A DNA stretch of 64,000 bases from an uncultured bacterium (GCA_963705505.1 CAVPJU010000010.1:96001-160000); one strand, 5' to 3'. Numbered from the stretch's first letter, positions 30,494 through 42,411 are shown. Numbers and translations: made by a program. The notes: generated by a model from the sequence alone, not told the origin.

Positions 30494-32250
30494 GGGTCGA
30501 GAGGAAAGGTATACCCATATCCCCGGGGATCGCGCTCGGAAAGGTCGTGCTGCTCGACCGCTCGAGGATGATAGTCGAAAGGACTCAAGTCGACGAGCAC
30601 CAGATCGATAACGAGAAGCAGAGGTTCCTACAAGCCGTCAGGCGCTCGAAGGATCAGCTGCTGTCCATCAAGGACGAGCTCGAGCCTCTCGAGGGCGGAG
30701 ACCATCTTCAAATCCTGAACATAAACATAATGATGCTCGAGGACGAGATCCTCACGGAAGAGGTGCTCAGGTTCATAGAGGACGAGCGGGTAAACGCCGA
30801 GTGGGCCGTGAACCACATACTTTCGAAGAAGAGCGAGGCTTTCAGGAAAGTCGAAGACCATTACATGAAGGAGAGACTCGCCGACATCTACTACATGGGC
30901 GAGCGGATACTCCGGAACCTCCACGGCGTCTCGGAGGATATCCCCGACCTCGGATACGACTCGATACTCGTAGCCCACGATATATCCGCCGTTGATGTCG
31001 TGGCGTTCGCCAAGCACCACGCGATCGGTATCGCCACCGATACCGGCGCCTCCACCTCACACAGCGCCATAGTTGCGAAGTCCCTCGGCATACCGACCGT
31101 CATGGGTCTTGAGGACATCACTCTCAGGGCATCCCCCGGAGACACTATATTCATCGACGGCTTCAAGGGGGTAGCGGTACTCGACCCCGAAGAGGATGAG
31201 CAGGAGGAGTTCAGGCAGCGGAAGACTAGCTACATAGCGCTCGAGAAGAAGCTGCTTGAATACGCGAAGCTCCCCGGCAGGACGCTCGACGGCAGGGAGA
31301 TAAAAGTAAACGCAAACATAGAGATAACGGAAGAGCTCAACCACGCGGTCTGCTACGGAGCCGAAGGCATCGGCATGTACCGCACCGAGTTCCTTTTCAC
31401 GAAGTCAGGATACTTTCCCGACGAGGATGAGCAGTACGAGAGCTACAAAAAGGTAATCTCGGCGCTGAGCTCCCCGCTCGTTACGATAAGGACGCTCGAC
31501 ATAGGCGGGGACAAATTCCCCCCCGGCATGGAACCTTCCACGAGGTTAAACCCGGCGCTCGGGCTCAGGGGCATAAGGTTTTCGCTCAAGGACGAGGGCA
31601 CGTTCAGGACTCAGATAAGGGCCATATTGAGGGCGGCTGACAAGAGGAAGGTACGGATACTCATCCCGATGGTCTCGGATATGGCCGAGATAACGGAATC
31701 AAAATCCATAATCTCGGAAATCGCTGCCGAGCTGGGCAGGCAGGATTCGTGGGATATAGGCGTCATGATAGAGACACCATCCGCTGCCGTAACGGCGTCC
31801 GACATTTCAGAAGAGGTAGATTTCCTGAGCATCGGCACTAACGACCTCATCCAGTACACCCTCGCCGTGGACAGGGTGAACGAGCACGTCTCCTACCTCT
31901 ATACGCCGTTCCACCCTGCTGTGCTCAGGCTCATAAAGGGCGTTATAGACTCCGCGCATTCGAAGGGCATACCGGTGAGCGTGTGCGGCGAGATGGCGAG
32001 CCAGCTGCCGTGCGTACCGCTTCTCGTGGGCATGGGGGTCGACGAGCTCAGCATGAACACTTACTCGATACCCAGGGTCAAGAAGCTCCTGAGCGCGATA
32101 ACCTCGAAGGAGTCGAGGGAAATTGCCGACAAATGCCTCCGCTTAAAGACAGGGCCCGAGATAAGGGACCTCGTATCCAGGTCCATTATAGAGAAATGGG
32201 GGGAGAGCTTCCCTCCTGATTTCATCGTCGAGATCGCTGCAGGCGGCTGA
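30490..32250 (+). CDS. ptsI: PEP-protein phosphotransferase (Enzyme I)
   Basis: TSHSAIVA, GMYRTEF, RTLDIGGDK, NPALGLRGIR, SIGTNDLIQY, VCGEMA. Confidence 0.95.
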   Translation: MRVERKGIPISPGIALGKVVLLDRSRMIVERTQVDEHQIDNEKQRFLQAVRRSKDQLLSIKDELEPLEGGDHLQILNINIMMLEDEILTEEVLRFIEDERVNAEWAVNHILSKKSEAFRKVEDHYMKERLADIYYMGERILRNLHGVSEDIPDLGYDSILVAHDISAVDVVAFAKHHAIGIATDTGASTSHSAIVAKSLGIPTVMGLEDITLRASPGDTIFIDGFKGVAVLDPEEDEQEEFRQRKTSYIALEKKLLEYAKLPGRTLDGREIKVNANIEITEELNHAVCYGAEGIGMYRTEFLFTKSGYFPDEDEQYESYKKVISALSSPLVTIRTLDIGGDKFPPGMEPSTRLNPALGLRGIRFSLKDEGTFRTQIRAILRAADKRKVRILIPMVSDMAEITESKSIISEIAAELGRQDSWDIGVMIETPSAAVTASDISEEVDFLSIGTNDLIQYTLAVDRVNEHVSYLYTPFHPAVLRLIKGVIDSAHSKGIPVSVCGEMASQLPCVPLLVGMGVDELSMNTYSIPRVKKLLSAITSKESREIADKCLRLKTGPEIRDLVSRSIIEKWGESFPPDFIVEIAAGG

Positions 32251-32663
32251 CCCTCTTTCCGACGGTAAACTAAAACCGGGAACTCGCACCCCAACCCGGA
32301 AAAACCCTCATCTAATCCGCTTCCGCCATAAATACATCACCCCAATGTTGGAAAAAAGACTGAGCTGATTCCGACCGGTTGATCTTTGTATAATTAGCTA
32401 TTAATCGATAATAAATACTCGAAATATTAACAGAAAAAGATAATTGATAATAATTCGGAATGGGTATAAGTTTAGGATTATTAACGAAGAACTTTGATTA
32501 CTCGCAATACCGGTTTGCGGATTCAATAAGTGGATCTCAAAGTCCTTTATTCTTCCGACGGGTAAATAAAAGAGGGAATGAAGACGCCGATGCATTCAGT
32601 ATCCGAAGACAAACACACCGTGTTCATAGCTCCGCTTGATGTTATATCCCCGGGGAGGGTGTC

Positions 32664-34436
32664 ATGACTACCGGCTCCAGTACGGATTTCATCGCCTCGC
32701 TCAGGCGGTCATCAAACGTAGCAGGCATTGCGGTCATCGCAATCGGCTGCCTCGTGCTTATCGGCTGGGTGTCCGATATCGGTTTCTTGAAGAGTGTCTT
32801 TTCCGGATACGCCTCGATGAAATTCAATACAGCCTTTGCTTTTATACTGGGCGGCGTATCCCTTTGGCTGATCAACAGCGGACAGGAGAAGGAATGGTCC
32901 CGCCGCTCAGCGCAGGTGTGTGCGCTCATCGTTTTCGTGATAGGCCTGCTTACCCTAGCCGAGTATATTTTCGATTTCAACATAGGGATCGACCAGCTCC
33001 TGGTCAGTGATACGGGAGGCGACGCGCAAACGTCTCAGCCGGGCCGTATGGCTCCGATCGCCGCACTCAATTTCTTCCTCCTCGGCTCAGCCCTGCTGCT
33101 GCTTTCGATTAACTCACTCCGTTACCAATATATCCACCTCGTCACTCTGATAGCGGCCTTTTTAAGCCTCGTGTCCGTCGTGGGATACCTTTACGGGGTC
33201 CGTTCGTTTTATAACTTCTACTCGTACTACTCGCCCGTCGGTCTCAACACCGCGCTCACGTTTATCCTCCTCTCGGGAGGCATCCTGTTTGCGCGCCCTG
33301 ACCGCGGCTATATGGCCGTCATAACGAGCGACCGCCTGGGCGGCTTCCTGGCGCGCCGTATCCTGCCCTTCGCCTTGATAGTTCCGTTAGCGATAGGCTG
33401 GCTCAGGCTGCGGGGAGAGCAGTCCGGGTACTACAATACCGAATTCGGGATCGCGTTATTCGCGACATCGACAATGGTCATTTTTACAGCGCTCATCTTG
33501 CTGAGCGCGAGGTTTCTGAACGCGGCGGATACAGAGCGTAAGCGCGTCGTGGAAGAGATATGGGAGCTCAACGAAGGACTCGAGCAGAGGGTCAATGAAC
33601 GCACAAGGGAGCTCGAAAGCGTAAACAAGGACCTCAGGAAAGAGATGTTCGAGCGCGGCCGTGTCGTGGAAGCGCTCAAGCAGTCGGAGCAAAAAATCCG
33701 TACGCTAAACGAAGAGCTCGAACAAAGGCTCTCGGAGCTCACCGACGTCAATAAAGAGCTCGAGGCGTTCAGCTATTCCGTATCTCACGACCTCCGCGCC
33801 CCGCTCCGCGCGATCGACGGGTTCTCCCGTATCCTGCTCGAGGATTATTCCGACAAGCTGGACGACGAAGGCCGGCGACTCTTCTCGGTCATCAGGAAGA
33901 ACACCCAGAACATGGGGGAGCTAATTGACGACCTCCTCGCGTTTTCCCGCCTGGGCAGGCAGGAGGTTATGCCGCTTGAAATCGATATGTCCAAGCTCGC
34001 GCAGTCCATATTTGACGAGTTGAGGTCCGGGCTCCAGGGGCAGGCTCTGAAATTCAACATCGACTCGCTTCCCAATGCATGCGGCGACAGAGCGATGATC
34101 CGTCAGGTGATCGCCAATCTTTTATCAAACGCCATCAAATTCACAAGACCTAAGGGAGAGTGTGCGGTCATAGAGGTCGGGAGTTCCGCTAACGGAACCG
34201 AAAACGTTTACTTTGTCAGGGACAACGGCATAGGGTTCGATATGAACTATGTGGATAAGCTTTTCGGCGTATTTCAGAGACTCCACAGCCAGAACGAGTT
34301 CGAGGGGACGGGAGTAGGACTCGCCCTCGTAAAGCGCATTGTTAACAGGCACGGCGGGCGGGCGTGGGCCGAAGGCAAGATAGGGGAGGGAGCGACATTT
34401 TACTTCAGTCTTCCAAAAGAAGGAGGCGCGGAATGA
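32664..34436 (+). CDS. Membrane-bound sensor histidine kinase
   Basis: Multi-TM N-terminus, coiled coil, [14 protein letters not shown]-box, N/G1/F/G2 boxes. Confidence 0.93.
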   Translation: MTTGSSTDFIASLRRSSNVAGIAVIAIGCLVLIGWVSDIGFLKSVFSGYASMKFNTAFAFILGGVSLWLINSGQEKEWSRRSAQVCALIVFVIGLLTLAEYIFDFNIGIDQLLVSDTGGDAQTSQPGRMAPIAALNFFLLGSALLLLSINSLRYQYIHLVTLIAAFLSLVSVVGYLYGVRSFYNFYSYYSPVGLNTALTFILLSGGILFARPDRGYMAVITSDRLGGFLARRILPFALIVPLAIGWLRLRGEQSGYYNTEFGIALFATSTMVIFTALILLSARFLNAADTERKRVVEEIWELNEGLEQRVNERTRELESVNKDLRKEMFERGRVVEALKQSEQKIRTLNEELEQRLSELTDVNKELEAFSYSVSHDLRAPLRAIDGFSRILLEDYSDKLDDEGRRLFSVIRKNTQNMGELIDDLLAFSRLGRQEVMPLEIDMSKLAQSIFDELRSGLQGQALKFNIDSLPNACGDRAMIRQVIANLLSNAIKFTRPKGECAVIEVGSSANGTENVYFVRDNGIGFDMNYVDKLFGVFQRLHSQNEFEGTGVGLALVKRIVNRHGGRAWAEGKIGEGATFYFSLPKEGGAE

Positions 34437-34876
34437 CCGATATGAACGAAGTGGAGATACTTCTTGTCGAAGATAACCCGAGCGACGAAGAGCTTACGCA
34501 GAGAGCGCTCAGGAAAAACAACATTGCGAACAGCCTTCATGTGGCGAGGGACGGGGCGGAAGCCCTCGAGTTTATATTTGCGACGGGAGCGTACACCGGG
34601 AGGAAGGTCGAGAACGGGCCGAAGCTCATACTCCTCGATTTAAAGCTTCCGAAGGTGGACGGCCTGGAAGTCCTCAAGAGGGTCAAGACCGACGAAAGGA
34701 CGATGTCGATTCCCGTGGTCGTGCTGACTTCCTCGAAAGAGGAACGGGACATAGTCGACAGCTATAAGCTCGGCGTGAACAGTTACATAGTGAAGCCCGT
34801 CGATTTCGATAAGTTCGTAGAGGCTGTCGCGCAGCTCGGCCTTTATTGGCTGCTTCTAAACCAGTCGCTCAGATAA
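34433..34876 (+). CDS. Single-domain response regulator (Rcp1-like)
   Basis: [31 protein letters not shown]. Confidence 0.93.
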   Translation: MTDMNEVEILLVEDNPSDEELTQRALRKNNIANSLHVARDGAEALEFIFATGAYTGRKVENGPKLILLDLKLPKVDGLEVLKRVKTDERTMSIPVVVLTSSKEERDIVDSYKLGVNSYIVKPVDFDKFVEAVAQLGLYWLLLNQSLR

Positions 34877-34954
34877 TTCTTAGCTATGCGGAAGGGGACA
34901 AGGTTATGAGTACGGAAGTCAGCCTCGCCATTGTTTACGAGACGGAGATTACAT

Positions 34955-36952
34955 ATGGATAAAGAGCTTCGCATACTGATAGTGGAAGACATGCCCACGG
35001 ACATAGAGCTCCTCGAGCGGGAGCTCCGCAATGCAGGGATCACATTCCAGTCAAGGAGCGTGGATACAAGGGAATCGCTACTGAGGGAGCTTGAAGGTTT
35101 CAGTCCGGATATCGTTTTATCCGATTATACCCTTCCTTCATTCGACGGTATGAGCGCGCTGAAAATAGTTCGTGAGAAGAGTCCCAATATACCATTCATA
35201 TTCGTTTCAGGAACGCTCGGGGAGGAAAAGGCTATCGAGACGCTGAAAGCGGGCGCTACGGACTACGTGCTCAAGGAAAGGCTCTCGCGCCTCGTACCGG
35301 CGGTGCACCGGGCATTGCGCGAAGCCGAGGAGAGGCGGGAGCTCGAGAGGGTCGAAAACACGCTCAGGGAGAACCTGGTGCGTATCAGCGAGCAGGCTGC
35401 GCTCCTCGATATAGCCGCCGACGCGATAACGGTCAGGGACATGGATCAGAATATCGTGTTCTGGAGCAAAGGCGCCGAGAGGATCTACGGCTGGAAGGAA
35501 CACGAAGTCATAGGCGGGAAAGTAACCGAGCTGCTCTATAGCGAAGAAAGCCCCGAATCCGGGGAAGTCCACGAGGTTCTCATGGAACACGGGCAGTACA
35601 AAGGGGAAATGCAGCATGTGACCAAAGACGGGCGTGAAATCATCGTGGAGTCCCGTCTGACTCTCGTTACGGACGATGAGGGGAAACCCGAATCGATACT
35701 CTCCGTCAGCACCGATATAACGGACAGGAAGCTGTTCGAAGCGCAGCTCCTCCGGGCGCAGCGCATGGAAAGCATAGGGACACTCGCCGGAGGAATAGCG
35801 CACGACCTTAATAACGTTTTCCAGCCCATGCTTATGTCGCTCGAGATTCTCAGAATGAGGTCTCCCGATAAACAATCCATGAACCTCATACATACGATCG
35901 AGACGAGCATTCAGCGCGGCAGCAATCTTGTGAAACAGGTACTGTCGTTTGCAAAAGGGCAGGAATGCGAGCGGACCGACCTCCATATAAAACACATAAT
36001 CTCCGAAATTACGGATATGATAAAGGAGACATTTCCGAAAACGATAGAATTCCGCTCCGACCTCCCGGCTGACCTCCTGACCATATCGGGCGATTTCACT
36101 CAGCTCAATCAGGTGCTTATGAACCTGTGCGTTAACGCTCGCGACGCAATGCCGGACGGCGGAAGCCTGTCAATTACCGCTGAGAACTTCCATATCGACG
36201 AGAACTTCGTAAAGATGAATATCGATGCCAAAGTCGGACCGTACATTGCCATAACCATCTCCGATACCGGTTCGGGCATTCCGCCCAAGGTGCTGGACAA
36301 GATATTCGAGCCGTTCTTCACGACGAAAGAACCGGGTAAGGGTACAGGGCTCGGCCTCTCGACCTCATTCAGGATAGTCAAAAACCACGGGGGCTTCATC
36401 GACGTGTGGAGCGAGGCGGGAAAAGGGACGAAATTCACGATCTATCTGCCCGCTCTCGAATCTGCCGAAGCGGTATCCACAGGGGTAAATAGTTCAGCCG
36501 GGCTCCCCCTGGGACAGGGAGAAATGATACTCGTTGTCGACGACGAACCCTCGATCCGCGAGATTACACAATACACATTGGAGACTTACGGTTACAGGGT
36601 TATGACGGCGGATGACGGAGCTCAGGCAGTATCGAAGTATTCGCAGAAAAGGGAAGAAATAAAAGCCGTTATTATGGATATATCCATGCCTGTGATGGAC
36701 GGGCATACGAGCATCAAATCAATACGGGAGATCGATCCCCAGGTCAAAGTTATAGTCATGAGCGGATTAAAGAATAATAGCGGGAACAGGGAGATCGGTC
36801 CAGGAGAAACCGACGTGTTCTTGCCCAAGCCCTATACCGCGGAGGCGCTTCTCAGGACCCTGCGCGAAGTCATAAATTCCGACCCGGGGTTCAGGCGCGA
36901 CAACATATACGCTGACAATCCGGCTAAGACCGTTCATTACGAGCCGAATTAA
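34955..36952 (+). CDS. Hybrid histidine kinase (REC-PAS-HisKA-HATPase-REC)
   Basis: N- and C-terminal receivers, PAS, GGIAHDLNN, FEPFFTTK..GTGLGL. Confidence 0.93.
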   Translation: MDKELRILIVEDMPTDIELLERELRNAGITFQSRSVDTRESLLRELEGFSPDIVLSDYTLPSFDGMSALKIVREKSPNIPFIFVSGTLGEEKAIETLKAGATDYVLKERLSRLVPAVHRALREAEERRELERVENTLRENLVRISEQAALLDIAADAITVRDMDQNIVFWSKGAERIYGWKEHEVIGGKVTELLYSEESPESGEVHEVLMEHGQYKGEMQHVTKDGREIIVESRLTLVTDDEGKPESILSVSTDITDRKLFEAQLLRAQRMESIGTLAGGIAHDLNNVFQPMLMSLEILRMRSPDKQSMNLIHTIETSIQRGSNLVKQVLSFAKGQECERTDLHIKHIISEITDMIKETFPKTIEFRSDLPADLLTISGDFTQLNQVLMNLCVNARDAMPDGGSLSITAENFHIDENFVKMNIDAKVGPYIAITISDTGSGIPPKVLDKIFEPFFTTKEPGKGTGLGLSTSFRIVKNHGGFIDVWSEAGKGTKFTIYLPALESAEAVSTGVNSSAGLPLGQGEMILVVDDEPSIREITQYTLETYGYRVMTADDGAQAVSKYSQKREEIKAVIMDISMPVMDGHTSIKSIREIDPQVKVIVMSGLKNNSGNREIGPGETDVFLPKPYTAEALLRTLREVINSDPGFRRDNIYADNPAKTVHYEPN

Positions 36953-37128
36953 TCCACTCTCATCCTCCTTTTTTAAGCGCCTGATGTGCAGGCGCCTCAT
37001 CAAGCTTTCCGCCGAAAATTCGTGTAAGATCAATCCATAAGCTTCCACCGTCAGCCGTTTCCGGGTCAGTTAATCAGGGGTGGGCAAATTCGTTTCTATT
37101 CGGGTATATTGTTACCTGAGTTTCAGGT

Positions 37129-37758
37129 ATGGATTTAAACTTTTTTATCAAAGGGATCATAGTCGGCATAGTGATCACCGCCCCGATTGGGCCGGTGGGA
37201 GCTCTTGTCGTTCAGCGCACTATAAACGAGGGCAGGGCGTCGGGCATCGTCTCGGGGCTCGGCTCCGCGGTCGGTGACACGTTATACGCTATCGTTGTGG
37301 CGTTCAGCCTGACGTTTATCTCGGAATTTCTCATACATCACGAAGCATGGGTACACGTAATCGGAGGAATCATATTATTGGTCTTCGGGATAAGGGTGTT
37401 TCTATCTAAACCTGCTTCATATACCTCATCTAAAACCGGCAGAAGCCACTTCGGGACTTTCGGCTCGGCGATGCTGCTCACGCTATCGAACCCCATGGTC
37501 ATACTGTCCATACTCGCGCTTTTCGCCATCCTCAGCATCCACGAGCCCGCCGACTACTACAGGACGGCGGCTCTCCTGGTGGCGGGCATATTCACGGGCT
37601 GCACCGCTTTATGGATCGTCCTATGTTATGTGATTTCAAACATCCGCGGAAGGTTGAGCGAAAGGGGTCTCGTGCTTATAAACAAAATCACGGGCATAGT
37701 CATACTCGCCTGCGGCGCCTACGCGTTCATAAGCCTGATCAAACTTCAAGCGGTTTAG
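37129..37758 (+). CDS. LysE-family translocator
   Basis: APIGPVG, GLGSAVGD, LTLSNP motifs; hydrophobic. Confidence 0.88.
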   Translation: MDLNFFIKGIIVGIVITAPIGPVGALVVQRTINEGRASGIVSGLGSAVGDTLYAIVVAFSLTFISEFLIHHEAWVHVIGGIILLVFGIRVFLSKPASYTSSKTGRSHFGTFGSAMLLTLSNPMVILSILALFAILSIHEPADYYRTAALLVAGIFTGCTALWIVLCYVISNIRGRLSERGLVLINKITGIVILACGAYAFISLIKLQAV

Positions 37759-37870
37759 ACATCCGGCCGATACAGGCCCTGCTAAATTCCCGTTTATATT
37801 CAAATTGAAACCTATAGCGTCATTTAATTCCCTGCTTTGTAAAGAACGAATGCTCACTCGTTCGTATTAG

Positions 37871-38797
37871 TTACTCCCCCTCGCCCAAATCCTCGGGCTT
37901 TTCCCCTCTGAATATGACCAGGAATATCACCCCGATTATTATCCCCGCGCCCCCTATGAGCTTTATCACCGAGGGTATCTCGTGGAATATGAAGTACGAG
38001 AATAGTACAACGAATATGGATTCGAGCGGGAGTACGGCCGTTGTCCGCGACACGTCTATCAGCTTTATCGCCTGGAACTGGCACGCCTTCGCAATATACG
38101 CTCCGTTAATCCCCCCGAGAGCCATGAATATCAGGTCCCTTAATCCCGGCTTCTCGAGCGTACCCGTTGCGAGGAGGTAGATTAGCAGGCATAGCGCCAC
38201 ACCCAGCGCCCTGACGTTAGCGACAGTCAGCATATTGAGCTTCTGGCCGACTTTTTTGACTATGAACGACAGGCTCGAGTAGAAAAACGCAGCCCCTATC
38301 GCGGTGAACGTGCCTACGAGGAGAGAAAATTCCCTCTGGTAAGCGACTATGATCCCGCCCGTGATAGTAACCACGATACCCACGCTCTCCCATTTATTCA
38401 GCCTCTCGCCGAGGAAAATCATTCCCAGGAGCAATGAGAACAGCGTCTGAGCCTTCATGAGGAACGACGTGAGCGGTATTCCGATGGTCTTGATCGCAGA
38501 GATCCAGAGCGCGGCGCCTATAGCGGTAAGTATGGAGCTATATATGAATATTTTCGTGTATTTTCTCAGGTGCCTGATCTCGGTCCTCTGTGACGGGATC
38601 GCCAGTACGACGAGCACCGAGCATACGAAGGCGCCCGAGAACCAGTAAAAAGTGATGACGGTCGGGTGCAGGCTCCTGTCTATCGCCCTCCCGAACACGT
38701 AGGACAGGGCGGTGAATAAGGCTGTCCCCACGAGGTAGAGATAACCCGCTATGGGGAATTTTTCTTTAGTTCTCTTGACTTCGCTTAGTCCGTTCAT
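37871..38797 (-). CDS. DMT/EamA-family transporter
   Basis: ~10 TM helices, LGERLNKW, FHEIPS motifs. Confidence 0.85.
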   Translation of the reverse strand: MNGLSEVKRTKEKFPIAGYLYLVGTALFTALSYVFGRAIDRSLHPTVITFYWFSGAFVCSVLVVLAIPSQRTEIRHLRKYTKIFIYSSILTAIGAALWISAIKTIGIPLTSFLMKAQTLFSLLLGMIFLGERLNKWESVGIVVTITGGIIVAYQREFSLLVGTFTAIGAAFFYSSLSFIVKKVGQKLNMLTVANVRALGVALCLLIYLLATGTLEKPGLRDLIFMALGGINGAYIAKACQFQAIKLIDVSRTTAVLPLESIFVVLFSYFIFHEIPSVIKLIGGAGIIIGVIFLVIFRGEKPEDLGEGE

Positions 38798-38897
38798 TGC
38801 TGAAATCCGGGCCTTTTCACCGTGTGTGCCTCCTCCACCACCACGCTATAGCGGAGCCCGATAGATTGTGCCATACGCTGAATATAGCCGCGGGGAG

Positions 38898-38996
38898 GGT
38901 TGAAGAACGCGATTGTCGATAACAGGATTATCCAGAACGTGAAATAGTCGGTTACGACACTGTTTAAATATGAAAGATATTTCAATAGAGCTTCAT
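38898..38996 (-). pseudogene. Truncated N-terminal fragment resembling a bile acid:Na+ symporter
   Basis: M(K)LLKYLSYLNSVVTDYFTFWIILLSTIAFFNP resembles BASS N-termini, then breaks off into unrelated sequence. Confidence 0.4.
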
Positions 38997-39076
38997 TTCA
39001 GGTCGAATTTTCTAAGCTGGCAAAAGTACATAAATATCGATGGAGTGTCAATTTGATCATTCTCTCCCTTCAGTCT

Positions 39077-39150
39077 AATTCCTTCCCCCTAGAGGGAGGA
39101 AGGGTAGGATGGGGGTGAACAACCCGTTCATCCTGAGCCCAGTCGAAGGA
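39077..39150. repeat. REP-like element (same modules as 25786-25858)
   Basis: AATTCCTTCCCCCTAGAGGGAGGAAGGGTAGGATGGGGGTGAA + CCCGTTCATCCTGAGCCCAGTCGAAGG. Confidence 0.8.
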
Positions 39151-39212
39151 TGTAACTCCATCACATCCAAATATTGCATTTAACCGCCAAGTCGGTAATT
39201 TATACGGCTGAT

Positions 39213-40920
39213 ATGAGATACTCGCAATACTTCATTCCGACGCTGAAGGAAGACCCCGCAGATGCCGAAGTCGTGAGCCAGAAGCTCATGATAAGGGCGG
39301 GGATGATTAGAAAAGTCGCAGCCGGCATCTATAACTACCTGCCTCTCGGTCTCAGGTGCCTGAGCAAAGTGGAAAACATAGTCCGCGAGGAGATGAACAG
39401 GGCAGGGGCCATAGAGCTCCTCATGCCCGCCGTCGTGCCCGCCGAGTTATGGAGAGAGAGCGGCAGGTGGGATTATTACGGCAAGGAGCTTCTGCGCTTT
39501 AAAGACCGCGCCGAGAGGGAATTCTGCATCGGTCCCACTCACGAAGAGGTTGTCACGGACATAGTGAAGCGGGACGTGCGCTCCTACAAGCAGCTCCCGA
39601 TAAACCTCTACCAGATACAGACGAAGTTCAGGGACGAGATACGCCCCCGCTTCGGTGTCATGCGCGCCCGCGAGTTCATAATGAAGGATGCCTACAGCTT
39701 CGATGCGGACGTCGCCGGAGCGGAGAAGTCCTATCGGCTCATGTACGATGCCTATTGCCGCATATTCGAGAGGTGCGGCCTCGAATTCAGGGCGGTGCTC
39801 GCCGATACGGGGAACATAGGCGGGAGCTTCTCCCACGAGTTCATGGTGCTCGCCCCGACTGGTGAGGACGTCGTGATGAGCTGCAGCAAGTGCGATTACG
39901 CGGCAAATCTGGAGCTTGCCGAGATAGACTGGCACGAGAAGGGGGTTAAGCCCCCGAAAGACGGGAAGGCTGTCCACGAAGTCCACACGCCTGACCTTAA
40001 AACAGTTGAAGAAGTAGCTCAATTTTTGAATGTACTTGCCCTCTAATCTCATAAAAACTATGATCGTAGAGGCCGACGGCATACCCGTAGCCGCCCTCGT
40101 CAGGGGAGACCACGAGCTAAGCCTCACGAAGCTGAAGAAAGTGCTCGGAGCCGCTATTGTCGAGCTTGCGAATGCCGCGACGATAGAGAATGTAACGGGT
40201 GGTCCGATGGGATTCAGCGGCCCGGTCGGGCTCAAGATCAGGGTCGTCGTCGACAGGTCGGTCGTGGGGATGGGAAGCTCGGTAACCGGAGCCAATAAAG
40301 GCGATTACCACATCGTAAACGTCGTCCCCGGCAGGGACTTTGAGATAAAGGAAATAGCGGATATACGCGTTGCTATAGAAGGGGACAAATGCCCCAGGTG
40401 CAAGGAAGGCTCGCTCACATCCACGAGGGGGATAGAGGTCGGGCACGTATTCATGCTCGGCACGAAGTATTCAGAAGCGATGAACGCGACTTTCGTGGAC
40501 GCCGACGGAAAAGAGAAGCCATTCATAATGGGATGCTACGGTATAGGCATAGGACGCACCGTAGCCGCGGCGATAGAGCAGAACCACGACGAGAACGGGA
40601 TGATATTCCCCAAATCCCTCGCCCCGTTTCAGGTCACGGTATTGCCGCTCAAGGTCAAGGACGAGGAAATAATGTCCGCGGCAGAGAAGATTTATTCGGA
40701 GCTAATGGAAAAGGGTTATGAAGTCATAATAGACGACAGGGACGTCGGACCGGGGTTCAAGTTGAAGGACGCGGAGCTCATAGGCATACCGGTACACATC
40801 GCCGTCGGACCGAGGACAATCAAGGAAGGGGAGGCGGAGCTGAAAGTCCGGAAGGGCGGCATTTCCAGGAACGTCAAATTCGAAGAAGTGGTAAAAGAAG
40901 TAGAGTCGCTCCTTTCATAG
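39213..40920 (+). CDS. proS: Proline--tRNA ligase (+1 frameshift ~40035, probable sequencing error)
   Basis: [45 protein letters not shown], split over two overlapping ORFs. Confidence 0.95.
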
Positions 40921-40938
40921 ATATATAATTCTATCCAA

Positions 40939-41662
40939 ATGGCGAGACCCGACCTCAAACCCAAGGAACGCATAATCCTCGCTCTCGATTTTGCCGAGCT
41001 GAGGATAGCCAAGTTCTGGGTCGAGAGCCTAAAGAGCAAAATAAAGACGTTCAAGGTAGGCCCCATACTCTTCCTCGACGCGGGGCCCATAGGAATAAAG
41101 GAGTTCCGCGACATGGGGGCCGACGTATTCCTCGACCTCAAGTTCCACGACATACCCTCGACTGTTGAATTGTCCGCGAGGCAGGTCGTCCGCTTCGGGG
41201 TCAGGATGTTCACGATTCACTCCCTCGGCGGTCTAGAGATGATGAAGGCGGTTGCTGACGCAGTGACCGAGGAATCGGATAAGCTCAAGAGGCATAAACC
41301 TCTCGTCCTCGCCGTCACTGTTCTCACGAGTCACGACGAGGCAAGCCTCAAGCGTATCGGTATAAATTCATCGACGAAGGATACGGTGCTGAGCCTCGCA
41401 TCACTGGCGGATAAAGCGGGCGTTGACGGGCTAGTGTGCTCGGGGATGGAAGTAGAGATGCTGAGGAAGGAATTCGGGGACAGGTTCACGCTGGTCGTTC
41501 CCGGAATACGCCCCGGCAGGAGATAAGCACGATCAGAAGAGGGTAGTGACCCCAGCCGAAGCAGTCGCCAGCGGAGCCGACTACCTCGTCATCGGCCGCG
41601 CAATAACCGAGGCGGAGAATCCGGGTTTAGTTGTGGATGAGATTGTGAAATCTATTTCGTGA
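40939..41662 (+). CDS. pyrF: Orotidine-5'-phosphate decarboxylase (+1 frameshift in C-run ~41511-41514)
   Basis: FLDLKFHDIPSTV, AVTVLTS, PGIRP; the shifted frame gives DQKRVVTP..GADYLVIGRAIT to TGA 41662. Confidence 0.94.
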
Positions 41663-41803
41663 ATGTTTAAATCCCCCTGTAATTTGGTTTTAATAACCTA
41701 GCCACTTCAGTCAAGGGCTCCGTTGTTTTTATCCAAGTTCGACCAATTCCTCTTATTCATCGGAATTGTTCCCCTTTACAAAAGGGGAAAATAACTTGTA
41801 GTA

Positions 41804-41847
41804 TTCTTAATTCCCTCCTTAGAAAAAGGAGAGTCAGAGAGGGTTTA
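41804..41847 (+). repeat. REP-like unit, direct repeat of 42541-42583
   Basis: TTCTTAATTCCCTCCTTAGAAAA(A)GGAG.GT.AG.GAGG.TTTA at both sites; inverted split copy at 52355-52480. Confidence 0.8.
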
Positions 41848-41876
41848 CTTAATAATATAGGGCGATTAACTTTGGA

Positions 41877-42092
41877 CTAGTTATGAAAGGTGAAAACTGG
41901 CGTTTCTACAAGACGAGAGGGTTTTTTCTTGCTCCATACAGTTTCCTGAATCTTTTCAACTGTTTCGGGAGAGAAAAACTTCTCGCCCGTTTCCAGACAT
42001 ACCCTTGCAGGCACATTCTCGATAATGATAACCTTGTTATCTAATTCGAGTACATAGGTCACTATTTTCTCAACTATTGTTTCTTTATGCAT
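41877..42092 (-). CDS. YgiT-type zinc-finger-like (MqsA-N-like) small protein, putative antitoxin
   Basis: IIENVPARVCLETGEKFFSPETVEKIQ motif; AGGAGG RBS; lacks most Cys ligands. Confidence 0.8.
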   Translation of the reverse strand: MHKETIVEKIVTYVLELDNKVIIIENVPARVCLETGEKFFSPETVEKIQETVWSKKKPSRLVETPVFTFHN

Positions 42093-42105
42093 ATGTGCTA
42101 TTAGT

Positions 42106-42411
42106 TTAATTCCTCCTAAACTTGTTTTCAACCCATTGGTTTAGATCAGGCTCGTAGACTGTAATGATTTTTATTATTGGTCGCGAAGGATAACTACATT
42201 GAATGTGTATCGGTCTTCCCAATTTAGTGATGCCTAGTATCAGGCAGCTAGGTCCGCGGTTGTCGTCCGGGTAGTCTTCGATTATTTCCCCATTCGAGAA
42301 AGCCTGACGAATCTCCTCGACGGTTATATGACGAAGAATAGATTGATCGACGGCATGCTTTGAAAACTCAAAGAACCCTTCTGTGATCTTGGTTTGAATA
42401 TCACTAATCAT
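42106..42411 (-). CDS. DUF4258 domain protein, putative toxin
   Basis: FSKHA..., GEIIEDYPDDNRGPSCLILG, RPIHIQC, IITVYEPD. Confidence 0.85.
   Translation of the reverse strand: MISDIQTKITEGFFEFSKHAVDQSILRHITVEEIRQAFSNGEIIEDYPDDNRGPSCLILGITKLGRPIHIQCSYPSRPIIKIITVYEPDLNQWVENKFRRN

Noticed and set aside
32664..36952. Novel signalling system
   Set aside because: HK + Rcp1-like receiver + hybrid kinase is a common arrangement; only the input signal is unknown.
40020..40050. Programmed frameshift or split proS
   Set aside because: No slippery site or stimulatory structure is evident; it matches the window-wide +1 error pattern.
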